Origin: the human T2T-CHM13v2.0 reference genome, Homo sapiens
Length of the DNA: 64,000 nt
Strand: one strand, 5' to 3'
Assembly (NCBI RefSeq): GCF_009914755.1
Contig: NC_060928.1
Both the position numbers and the translations under genes were made by a program. Below the pieces are notes generated by a model. The model had not been told where the DNA came from and did no database searches. It saw only the letters and a list, made by a program, of their open reading frames with translations. Each line of letters begins with the position of its first letter. Positions within the stretch are counted from its first letter, which is position 1. Below, in pieces: positions 1-12,289 of this stretch.

Positions 1-1157
1 AGGATTAGAGGTGAAAGTTATGATATATGATTATACTATACTTTTAATATTTGAAAATGACAGTCCTAATATCCAATGATTGCTCTATTATTATTTCTGA
101 AAAAGCTCTGTGATCTTTCTGAGATATTCTCCAGGGGCAGAGAAGGGAGATCCAACAAAGCCTGTTGGAGGACAGTGGTTGGAGAAAAGATGAGCCTATT
201 TCATAATTATGCCTTATTGACTGGTAACTTAAGAAACAGTACTTCTCCCATCTGCTGTGGCTGACATTGTTCATGTACATTGTTCTCTTTTGAAATTCTT
301 CCCAGCATTCTAGTCTCAACTTCCATGATCCTGCTACCATAATGTCTTTGATAATGTCTCCAGATGAATTCGTATTTTCTTTTGTGCTCCTATAGCCCTT
401 AAAGCCCATTGATCATACAGTATTATAGCCACGAGGATAGTCAGACTCCTCTGAAACAGTGAGATCCTTCAGGATGGGCATGGTGTCTTATTTGTGTTTT
501 ATTTCCAGAATTTAGCACAGTATTTTGCTCAAGCTAAATACTCAGTACTAGCTCATTAAATTGCCATGGAATAAATTGATTGTTGAAATCAGTCAGAGAC
601 TCCAGAACTTTGTTGTATCTGCTGTGCTCCAATGCCTCTGGTGGATAAATCCAGAAAACGTCTCCTGGGCAGGGGACTACTATTTCTGCTTTCTTGTGAT
701 TTAACAGGTAAGAGGCAAGATTAATATAGATAAATATTCAGGAAATTTGAGACCTAGGTATCATCTGTTCATGAAGCAAGCAACTAGATAAAGTTCCTAC
801 TACGTGTCAGGCCTTGGAAATGAAAGATAAAAAAAGACACAGCATCTACCCTATTCCTTTAAACAATTTGCAATTGTTTAAAATGAATCTCAGTTTGGGA
901 AATGCATGATCATCATTTGCTGAGAGTATCAGCAGCTTGAACTTGGAGTTAGCAGAACTCTGGATGTGAGTTGCCAGCTCTACAAGATAAAGATACAGAA
1001 ACTGAGGTAGGAATAGTCTCAGGGCAATAAAGCAGGCCTTGGCTTCAACACCAGACCCCTCCATAGACTTTCTTTGCTGAGAGTACATGATGATTCCATA
1101 AGTCCCAACCTGACTATTGACTTAATGACATATCCAGATTCATTCTAATTATGTAAG

Positions 1158-1898
1158 TATTATCATAACCCAAAATGGCCTTAACATTCCCTTCAGCTAG
1201 ACTAAATTTCAGACAGGTTTTTACAGATTATAGGCCCCTGACCCCCCTTTTCTTAAAGCATTACAACCTTAGAAAACTTAAGGTTGTAAATTCTTTTGCT
1301 ACCACTTTGAGATATAGATCTTCTTTCAGTCTGTTGCCAGTTTTACAACCAAGGAACATCCTCAAGGATCTAGGGGCCATCTTTTTGGCATGGAAGCATC
1401 AAGAAATGAGGGTAGGAGCCTAACTTCCACGAGCTCCAATTAGTAATAAACACAGATGGCCTAATCACTTTGACCAGCCTTGCCCCTACAATCCTTTAGC
1501 ACATTTCCACTAGCTAGTCCAGTGTTTAAAAACCCCTCTGCCTCTTGTTTCAGCAGAGTTGAATTTAATCACTCTCCAAGGCTAGAGTGCAGTGGCGCAA
1601 TTGGCTCCCTGTAACCTCTGCTCCCAGATTCAAGTGATTCTCCTGCCTCAGCCTCCCGAGGTAGCTGGGACTTACAGGTGCATGCTACCATGCCTGGCTA
1701 ATTTTTGTATTTTTAGTACAGATGGGTTTTCACCATGTTGGCCAGGCTGGTCTCGAACCCCTGACCTTGAGTGGTCTGCCCCCTCGGCCTCCCAAAGTGC
1801 TGGGTTTACGGGCATGAACCACTGCGCCCGGCTTACAATAGTCTTGTAAAAAGTTTTGCTGCCTGTTTAACTCCACACAGTTCAAGTTTTCTTTGACA
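1158..1898 (+). mobile_element. ERV1 solo LTR, MER39-like, interrupted by an Alu
   Basis: Resembles recalled MER39 consensus (aacccaaaatggcc...gactaaatttcagacagg...taggcccctgac...gagggtaggagcctaactt); ends in ttctttgaca; continues on both sides of the Alu at 1576-1833. Confidence 0.7.
1576..1833 (-). mobile_element. AluS element lacking its 3' end and poly(A) tail
   Basis: Antisense Alu from aggctagagtgcagtgg to actgcgcccggc with middle A-rich linker; no poly(T), no TSD seen. Confidence 0.92.
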
Positions 1899-1986
1899 AC
1901 ACTTTATAGTGTTTCAACCATGGCATAGTGGTGTGATAGTTGTGATTAGGCAAAATTATCCAATAGCCTTTCTTGATTATATAAAC

Positions 1987-2197
1987 CAGTGGTTCTCAAC
2001 CAAGGCCAATTTTGCCCCTTACAGGACATCTGGCAAACTCTCTGAAGACATTCTTGGTTCTCCCAAAAAAAGGAGGAAGTTTGGCACCTAGTGGGTAAAG
2101 TCTAGGGATGCTGTTAAACATTTTAAAATGCACAGGGCAGCCCCTCACTATGAAGAATAATTTAATCCAAATGTTAAAGCCATGGTTGGGAAACTCG
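1987..2197 (+). mobile_element. MER20 (hAT-Charlie MITE)
   Basis: cagtggttctcaacc start; ggcacctagtgggtaaag...agggatgctgttaaacat...aatgcacagggcagcccc motifs; ends gttgggaaactc. Confidence 0.8.
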
Positions 2198-2489
2198 GCT
2201 ATAAATAATTAGACTCCTAAGAGCACTCTTCCTAGGCTTCATCCTGGTCAAGGAAATGAGGTTGTGCCAAAAAGCCCACACCAAAACACAACAAAAGCCA
2301 GCAACTGATAAATAACTTTTGAAGAGAATACCATTGAGAAACATGAGTGGAACCAATACAATTTACAGAGTATCAAATGATGTTAACACCAAACAAGTCC
2401 ATGTCTTGAATGATTTAGAATGTGTTCCACTTGCTGACACCGTGCGGGTTCTGTCACTTCCTGACGGTAGCAACGTGGACCAGTTATTT

Positions 2490-3002
2490 TTAATTTTTAT
2501 TTTTTAAATTTAAGTTCTGGGATAAATGTGCCAAACGTGCAGGTTTGTTACATAGGTATACATGTGCTATGGTGGTTTGCTGCACCCATCAACCCGTCAT
2601 CTACATAGGTATTTCTCCTAATACTATCCCTCCCCTTGCCCCCCATCCCCTGACAGGCCCCAGTGTGTGATGTTCCCCTCTCTGTGTCCATGTGTTCTCA
2701 TTGTTCAACCCCCACATGTGAGTGAGAACATGCAGTGTTTGGTTTTCTGTTCCTGTGTTAGTTTGCTGAGAATGACGGTTTCCAGCTTCATCCATGTCCC
2801 TGCAAACGACATGAACTCATCCTTTTTTAGGGCTGCATAGTACTCCATGGTGTATATGTGCCACATTTTGGGAAAACTGGCTAGCCATATGCAGAAAACT
2901 GAAACTGATCCCCTTCCTTACACCTTATACAAAAGTTAACTAAAGATGGATTAAAGACTTAAATATGATGGATTAAAGACTTAAATGTAAGGCCTAAAAC
3001 CA
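2490..3002 (-). mobile_element. Short 5'-inverted L1PA (L1PA7-like) inserted in a MIR
   Basis: Antisense L1 3' end 2490-2869 joined to a sense ORF2 piece 2869-3002; 14-bp TSD tggaccagttattt at 2476-2489 and 3003-3016; empty site reads TTT/AA. Confidence 0.9.
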
Positions 3003-3155
3003 TGGACCAGTTATTTAACTCTCAGGCTCAGTTTTCTCATGAGTATAAAGGAGGAATCATGGCCCCTGCCTCTTAGCATGTTTGTAAAGATTCAATAATA
3101 TGATGCATGCTCACTGCTTAACCCAGTATCTGACTTACAGTAAGCACTCAATATA
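3003..3155 (+). mobile_element. MIR (5' part lies at ~2445-2489, split by the L1)
   Basis: agttatttaactctcaggctcagttttctcat...cagtaagcactcaata MIR core and 3' motifs. Confidence 0.7.
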
Positions 3156-4832
3156 TGATCATACAAAGCAACATTAAGAGGCGAAAATGGGAAACCTAAG
3201 AATTTACTACTTAATAAATAATGAGGAAATAAATGGCATCTAATTAAGTCTAGGCCTATCATTTAATATTTTGAGAGCAAACTATCTCTTCCAACACCAT
3301 TATTTTTATGATAACTTTAGATCCAGATAATCCAGTTTGTAGACATGCTGAGTCACTTTGGATTCATAATCAACATGAAGGTATTTCCTAGTAAGAATCT
3401 AATTAGATGTTTAATTTTTCTATATAGAATAATTAACTGCCACTTTGCCATTATCTGCTTTAGAGGTTCATATCAGTTCATTTACTTACACAATAATAAC
3501 TGATTAATCCAACACAGAATGCCACCAGCTATCATATATCACTGACAAAGGAATAGCTCTTCAGTTAGCCTATACTCTCCCTAGAGGAATTACTAAATTT
3601 GCAGATGCTCTTTCAGTAGCTGGCAAGAAAACTTTAGCAGGTTACCTGATTTCATTTTCATTTACTAAAAAAGAAGTTATTATAGCAATAATAAAGAACA
3701 AACATAAATTTAATTCACTTGTGGCACATTGATCTCATTTTATTTGGCAAATACACAATAAAATAATTAAACGCCTCTTTTGCACATAGCTTGAAAACCT
3801 GTATCAGGATAAGCTGGCTCAAAATATTTGTAGGTAGCTCAGATGCAAATTAATTTGGCTTATTATGTAATGTAGAGTTCTATTGCATTTTCATCACCTA
3901 CGTATTGAGTAATAGACCTTAAATATCATGCCTTATGTTTTTATTTGTCCCACATTTAGAGCTTCTATTACTTGTATTTGTCTTACTCCTTATTTTCAGT
4001 GTGTTCAAGATTACCTGAGTTTCCTCAAGAACTATAGTTGAAACTTTAAAATGCATTAGTGTATGAGAAGTAAAATTATGAAATCCCATTAGTTTTCACT
4101 CAACAATTAATTTTTAAAACAATAGGCAAAGAATGTTTTTAAATCACCAAACTAAAATAAACCTAAAGATCAAATACAATGGATTTTTTACTTCCAAATT
4201 TTCTAAACTAATTGTTTCTTCAGATAGACTTGTCAGTTCCAAATTGAATGTGACTTAAGTTTCTGAATTCCTGGGAAATGAAGGATGTTTCACCTCATTT
4301 TTTATTCCTCTATAAAGCAGAGTTGTATTAAAATTTTCAAATTTCTTTTTCTCTTTATGAGCTCCACAGGGCACATTTTGGTTTGTTCAATATACTATTC
4401 CTATTTTAACTTTCTCATACATTCATTTTTTTCAATTTTATTCTAAAATTTCAAGTCAAAGAATAAAATCTCTAATGTGCCAGTCCTCCCTAATGTACTT
4501 TTGAAAAGGAGGACATTAGGTGTAACTTCAGTGAGGTACAGATCAGGACATAATGCTAAGAAGAACTAAAAAAAAATTATTATAAAGAGCAGCATAGCTA
4601 CAGAAGCTACAGAATTACCCTTGACAGTAATCCTAACAGGAAGGCAAATAATCTGCTTGTCATTCTATCTAAAAGAGAAATTTTTTATCATCTAGAAATC
4701 CTCTGTAGACATTGTTTGGAAGGACACTCCCTGTAAATCAGAACACATTACAGGTCGTGAGCTAACAAAAGTAAGTATTTTTTTGGAAAACAATACTATA
4801 GTATAAGTAGATAGTGTGTTAAGAGTTTAAAT

Positions 4833-5009
4833 CAGTGGTTCTTACCTTTGGTCGGGCATTAGAATCACCTATGGAGCTTTGAAACACTCCAATCCCCAGA
4901 CTGCCCCCCAGATCAACTAAATCAGAATACTTAGGCTGGGACTCAGGCGTTAGTATTGTTTATTGCTCTCTCACGTGATTCCAATATGCAACCATTTTGA
5001 GAACCAATG
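4833..5009. mobile_element. MER5-family hAT MITE
   Basis: Terminal inverted ends cagtggttct...gagaaccaatg; cattagaatcacct and taaatcagaat motifs. Confidence 0.75.
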
Positions 5010-6466
5010 CTTTAAAAAATAGAAGTCTTCATAACAATTACCACTATAGGATAGAGTTAAAAGAATATTTGCATATATTTTCATAACTGATGGCTACAAT
5101 AAAACAATTTCCTCTACACCCTTAATATAACATTTAAGATGAGCTTTAAAGTTACTTCTAAAATTGATTTTTAAATTTTTGTACTTTTCTTGCAATACTC
5201 CAGCAAAACTTTGAGATTTGTTTGATACATTTATATATCTAAGTTGGGGCAATTTGATCTGCCATAGCCATTTATAAGACACTAAAATATGAAGGTAAAC
5301 TTTGCTAACCCAATTCAATTGACTCTAGGTGAAATAAAGAAATCAGTCATTGCTCAATCTTAGTTACTCAAAAGCAGGATAGTAGTATAAAATTTAGTAT
5401 AAGAATATCGTAATACAGCAGGAAAATAACTTCAGTCTTCATATCTTGAAATAAAATCCCATGACCAGTTTATTACTCATTAAAAAATAGCTAAGTACCT
5501 TTTAGGTATACAGCACCATGCTAGACCCTGAGGATACAGTTGTAACTGAAAAAATCACAGTTCCTACCCTCATCAACTTACAGTCCAGCTAGCTGATTTT
5601 GTAAGTCAGGTCAAAGATTATGATCTCATCTACATACTCACTATAAACCCGATATTACTAAAACATTAGTAATACATCAAGTTCCAAGTGAATCACCATT
5701 TGTCCAAATAATATAACATTTTCAGATTGTCTTGGTTGATTTTTCTATACCTTTTTCTATATCCCATCTTCTAAAAGACCAAGAAAAGACTGATAATGTA
5801 AACATTACTACTTGAGCTTGGGCAAGTTTATGAGGAAAAAAATGTAGCAGACGATTCTTATATCCCCACCTCCCCAAAATTTTCTGTTCCTTTCTTTGCT
5901 GTCTTTTATTATGTCTCACTTTAGTCGTCGTCATCATCATCATCATACCATTATTGTAATTGTCACAACTACCTAAGCAGAGCCTCTAATGTGCAACTCA
6001 AAAAGGTATCTGAAAGCAAAAACTGTGGCATTGGAAAATTGTTGATCTATTTCAAACTTTTTTTAGTTCCTGATTATTTTACATTTTCCTTGTAAAAGTA
6101 ATTTGTGCTCATTATACTGTAGTAAAAGCACAAGAGAAAATTACCCAAAACCCACCACCACGGTAACTATATTTTTTGATATTACTCTAAGCTTTTCTCT
6201 ATCAAATATGTACACAAAATCATGCTGAATTAAAAATTTGACATATAGCTTTTTAATTTTTTCACATCATATATTAAGAATCTTAAAATGTCATTAAGAA
6301 CTCTTTATAAACTTCATTTAAAATGGTATGTGGCTGAAATTCATAATATGACAGGGCACTTCAAGAGCTTCAGAATATTAATTTAATGAGCAAATATGTA
6401 TGCACTGCCTTCTATGTACTGGACACTATTCTAGATTCTGCGGACACTGAAAGAAACAAAGACAAG

Positions 6467-7127
<661 letters not shown>

Positions 7128-8052
7128 ACAAGATGCCTGCTTTGTGGATTTTATATTCTATTTTGTAGAAACAGACAATTTAAAAAAATCAACCAGGTAA
7201 TTTCAGATAGTGATTCCTGTTTTGGAGAAAGAAAAATAGTCATGAGATTCCAACATCTTGAGAGGGGCTGGCTAGAGAGGAGAAAGGGGGAAGTGCTTGC
7301 CAAATGTCCATCTCCAAGTAGGCAATGTTTGATATGAGAATGGAGTGGTAAGTAGAAATCAGCCATATGAAACTCTCAAGCATATGCAAATGTGGGAAAA
7401 GTGGAATAATGCTACCTTCCTGAAAATTCCTAATTGCCTGAAACAGACATCTTCATGAAGGTACAGGAAAAGAATAAGCAAACCTTCAAATGCCTCTTCC
7501 CCATCAGCCCTCATGTGGTCTTCCTCAGGTCCATCTCGACTTTAATTTATCCTTTCTTTGAAAGCCACTTAGAAGCCAATGCCTTTGTTACATCATTCAC
7601 CAATCACAATGAGAACTGCTATGACCAAATTCCTCCCTAAACTTCCAACCAAAGGTGTAGAAACATATAATCCTGAATAAAATCTGTGTTGTCTTTTGTT
7701 TTCTGCCATAAATGTTTACCATAAATTTACTATGATCCTTGACATTTCAAATTTATATTGCTGTTATTATTTTTTGTGATAATTTGTAGAGCTGAAGTTT
7801 GTCAAGTTTGTATAATGCATTTAGCGCTGTAGTTAAGAGCATGGGCTATGAATGGATGCTAATGGTAAGATCTTACTGAAGCTACTTAGGTCAGCTTCAA
7901 TTTTCTTATCACAATAATAATATTATTAGTTTTATAAAAGATGATGTAGAGAACTCAGCTTAGAGCCTGACAAAAACAAGCTTCCAATAAATTAATAGTA
8001 AGAGTGAGAAAGAGAGGTATACACTGCCATCCCCTGCACACACCATGATTTC

Positions 8053-8355
8053 TTTTTTTTTTTTTTTTTTTTTGAGACGAAGTCTCACTCTGTCACCCAG
8101 GCTGGAATGCAGTGGCGCGATCCTGGCTCACCTCAACCTTTGCCTCCCAAGTTCAAGTGATTCTTCTGCCTCAGCCTCCTGAGTAGCTGGGACTACAGGC
8201 ACCCACCACCATGCCTGGCTAATTTTTGTGTTTTTAGTAGAGATGGGATTTCACCACGTTGGCCAGGCTGGTCTTAAACTCCTGACCTCAGGAAATCTGC
8301 ATGCCTCAGCCTCCCAAAGTGCTGGGATTACAGGCATGAGCCACCATGCCTGGCC
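8053..8355 (-). mobile_element. AluS (Sx-like)
   Basis: Full antisense Alu with T21 tail. Confidence 0.95.
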
Positions 8356-9609
8356 TTGAGATTGTTTTAAATATTGTATGTATATAAAGATCTTAGTAGT
8401 AGCAAAAACAAGGTTTAATTTAGTTATGCCAAATTACTCTTTGAATGGCCTCCTGAAACTCTTGCCTGGAAGACTGTGTGTGGTCATCTAAGAAGGGCTA
8501 TTCGTCAACTTTCACTCAGATGAATTGTTTAACATGGGATGTGGGGAGCCTGAACTCCTGAAACCCACTAACTCTTGGTCACAGACTTCTTGTCAAGTTT
8601 CCAATGCAATCATGGTGGGTCATGAAAACGAAATGCTGATCGTCTTATTTAAATTCTCTCTGGTGTTTCCTTCTGTTCTTAAAGCCCTCATTAAATGCCT
8701 TTTTTTTCACACTAACACAAATATTTTCAGAGAAGACTGTCTTGAAGTCCAGAACTCTGCACTTGAAAAAGGACTCCAAAAGACAAGGGGGTGACTAAGT
8801 CCTGCACCCAAGGGTGTAAGGGAATTCAGAGACTCATAAGGTAGCCTTCACACTGTCCTCCTCAGCAACCTAGCCCCCGGCCATTGGAGTTAACTCAGAG
8901 CAGTGGGAAACAGGGCTCATCAGGTGGGCTTGAGCCAGAAGGCTCCTTCTTTCATATAATTCATATGTGTAAGGATATGATGTTCAAAGGGTTCCATGGC
9001 TAAAACCAAAGTCTGAAAACCACAGAGCCAGTGATGTGAATGCAGGCCTTCTAAACTATAGTGTGATTTTCTCATTCTACTTTTTAATATTATTATGGAT
9101 GTTTGTTCTTGAAAAAATTTAAATGCTTGTTTTATTGGAAATTGCTTAATTAGACAATAAATCCCATGAAAAGGCATTGTTCTAAGTCAAAGATTCATTT
9201 TTGTTTTTTCTACCATTATGTGCAATAAACACATTTAAAATGCTGCTCCTGAAGGGATTCATTTATTGGAGAAAGCAGGAGCAGTTGACTAAATTTTTCC
9301 ATCCAAAAATTTAATTCTCAAAGGGGCAATCCAGTCAGTCAACTTTTCCAGAAAAGAAATTCACCAGATTTCTTGGTTGTCATGAAGATATTCAGGGGAA
9401 GGTTTTCAGCAAAAGATCTCTTTTTTTGCTGAAAGTGAGGACTCTGAGGATCTCAATTCTATTACTGCAAACTGGATATTTAATCCCAGGATATAGCCCA
9501 ATACCAAAGGAATACTGAAAAATAGTCACTATGAACAGAAATCCAACTTAATTCAATGTACATTATTTGTCTTAAACAGGAGCAAACAACTACAGGATAC
9601 GGGATTTAA

Positions 9610-9815
9610 TAATAACAGTAAAGAGGTATAATGCTTACTATGGGCCAGGCATTAGTTCAAGTATTTATACACATAGGTTCATTTATTCATTACTCCAACC
9701 CTGTCAGCTTAGCCCCATAATCATCTTCTTTCACAGTTGTGGGACAGAGAGAGTAAGTCACCAGCCCAAAGTCAGTGTTGGAGCTAGAATTCAAACCCAG
9801 ACAATCCAGCTCCAG
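9610..9815 (-). mobile_element. MIR
   Basis: aatgcttactatgggccaggca...gagctagaattcaaacccagacaatccagctccagag. Confidence 0.7.
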
Positions 9816-9914
9816 AGATCAACACACAATGTTTAGTTTCAGTGAAATAAGGCAAACAAAGACATTTAGATATTAATCCTGCCAATTTTAAGTATGCTTT
9901 TGTCCTTGGTATCT

Positions 9915-10290
9915 TCCTTTTGTCCCTTTGGATCCACACATTGCTCTGTGCCCTGGAGCCTGTGTGGACAGAATCAGTTAGAGGTGAAAGGACAGTGAGG
10001 TCAGGGCATTCATTTTCCTGTTTTGTTTTTTTTTTTCCCCCAGTCAGGTTACTACTGGTTGGCTGCATCCCTCTGTTGAAAGCTACAGCTCCTGTCAAAT
10101 GACACAGTCCACCCTGGACTCTAGTACTTCTCCCTTCCTCTGCCCCTAATCACCCAGAGATAGCAACAGCTCGCTACTGTTACACTCACAGAGGCATTGC
10201 ACCACGGTCTATTATTTTCCCTAAACTCTAACCACATCTTTGTAAATACTTGTTTTATTAAACTTTTCCCTACTCACCATTCCAAGAATC
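9915..10290 (+). mobile_element. LTR33-like ERVL LTR
   Basis: gtgaggtcagggcattcatt, ggctgcatccctc, acagctcctgtca, ccctaaac...ctttgtaaata...tttattaaact resemble recalled LTR33. Confidence 0.65.
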
Positions 10291-11759
10291 TGGGCAAAGC
10301 ATTAATTTCTTGATCTAGTTTGCATATGACTAGACAAAAAAAAATGCAGCATAACCTTCACAATTCCCACCTTCCACCCTCTGCATACCAGGCCCAGGAA
10401 ATAAATTCTACAGCAGTCAAAAAGGAGTTCCTTGCTCCCACAACAAGCATATGTGAAAATTATTCTTCAAATTTTTTTCCAGTAATTGAGGTTTGCAAGT
10501 AGAACAGTATTTTTATTCTAATAATAGTCATTGGGTCTATTAAAGCACCATGAGTGTCAAGCAGCAGGGCAGTAACAGAGTTATTCATGTTGGGTGTTGG
10601 TCTCTTTGAGTTGAATGACCATGCTGAAGCCTTGGTTCAGGTGTTGTAAATCAGACACTTAGCCTAATTAAATACAAAAATATCTAATGTTACGCAGCTG
10701 ACAATACTAGACAGTTGGCTTCCCGGAACTGGGTAGTAAAATACATCCAGGAAATGTAATCCTATGGAGCAAAGAGATACCAGGTGCATCCTTGCACTCC
10801 CTTCAATCAAATTAGCCATTCATCAGAAACAGTGCATCTTATGAATATGTCTTAGCCTTAAACAAAGAAAGTGAGCTTCTAAACTGACCTTAACATCTCC
10901 TCTTCAAAACGTCTTAAGTTGCTCTTGCCATTTACTTTAGCAGCCCACCTAGTGATGAGAATGGAGTCTATTTCCATTGAAAGAGATGTAAGAACAATAC
11001 CCTGAGCCACAATTTTTAAAAAACATGGCCATCAATCCCTCCCTCTCCCCTAATATACCTTAATAGTGCTAATAGCTCTTCACACCTCCACTTCTGGTTT
11101 CTATATTGAAAGTACAGATTCATAGCTAAAATTCAGCAGGTCTGGTATTGATGGATGTATTTCCTTTTACCATATCTTGATATTTATAGTGAAATGTATG
11201 TAGAGGTAAATTACTCACTGTCTTTACTAATAAATCTTATTGTTTCATTATCACAATGTGTCACAAAGGTCTTAAAATGTAGGAGCACATAACATGTACC
11301 AGCAGAATAGATACAATAAGTTGACATCTTCCTGAATTACAATTTCATAGAGCAATGGCTGGAAATGAATCCATAATATATTGATCTATTTCAGCAATTA
11401 GCATTTAAATAATCTCTTGGGGGCACTCCTGGGCTAGTAGGATGCAATGACCAAAGATTAAAAGTCAGAAACCCTAAATATCATTCCTCTAATTATAACT
11501 CTGGCACCATCTTGATGTGTGACACCAGAGTTTTCCCAGTATAAAATGACAGTTCTATCCACATAACCTGATTGACAGTTATTGGCATGAACAAGTGACT
11601 TATAAGCACAAACATTAATATAAAAAAGCATGTGACACTTCACCTAGCAGAAATCAGTCAAATTATTTTTAGTGATTGATATTTTCATTACCCTGAATTA
11701 TAATTAAGATACAGCAGTTCTTTAAAATTATATACATGCTATGTCTTTCCCTCCCCACC

Positions 11760-12289
11760 AGTGGTAGCCAATCTCTAAGGTGACTTCCTCTAATGATTGT
11801 CACATTCTGTTACACACACACTCACATAACTCTCCCCAACACTGATCAGAGCTAACCTGCATACCCAATATGATATGCAGAAATGAGAGTGTATGACTTC
11901 CAAGGTTAGTTTATAAAACTCACTGTTGCTTCTACCTTACTCTCTCATATCATTCACTCTAGGAGAGCCTGTTGCAATGTAAAAAAGACACTCAAGTAGC
12001 TCAGTGGAATGGCCCACATGATGAGAAACTGAGAGCCAGCGTCAACTGCCCATCACATAATTAAGCAAGCTTGGTAGCAGACCTTCTTGCTCCGGTCAAG
12101 CCTTCAGATGACTGGAACCCCAGCTGACAACTCCACTGTAACCCTATGAGAGCTGCCAAGCTAGAATCACTCAGCCAAGCCACTCCTGAATTCTGGATCC
12201 CCAGAGTCTGTGTGAGATAATAAATGTTCATTGTTATAAGCCACAAAGGTTTGAGGCCACTTGGTACAAAGCAATAGATAATTAAGACA
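11760..12289 (+). mobile_element. MLT1F-like MaLR solo LTR
   Basis: gtcaagccttcagatgactg...ccagctgaca; gagataataaatg; ends gcaatagataattaagaca. Confidence 0.8.

Noticed and set aside
8709-8730. Branch-point-like CACTAAC upstream of ttttcag
   Set aside because: Short spacing, weak pyrimidine tract and no strong downstream donor
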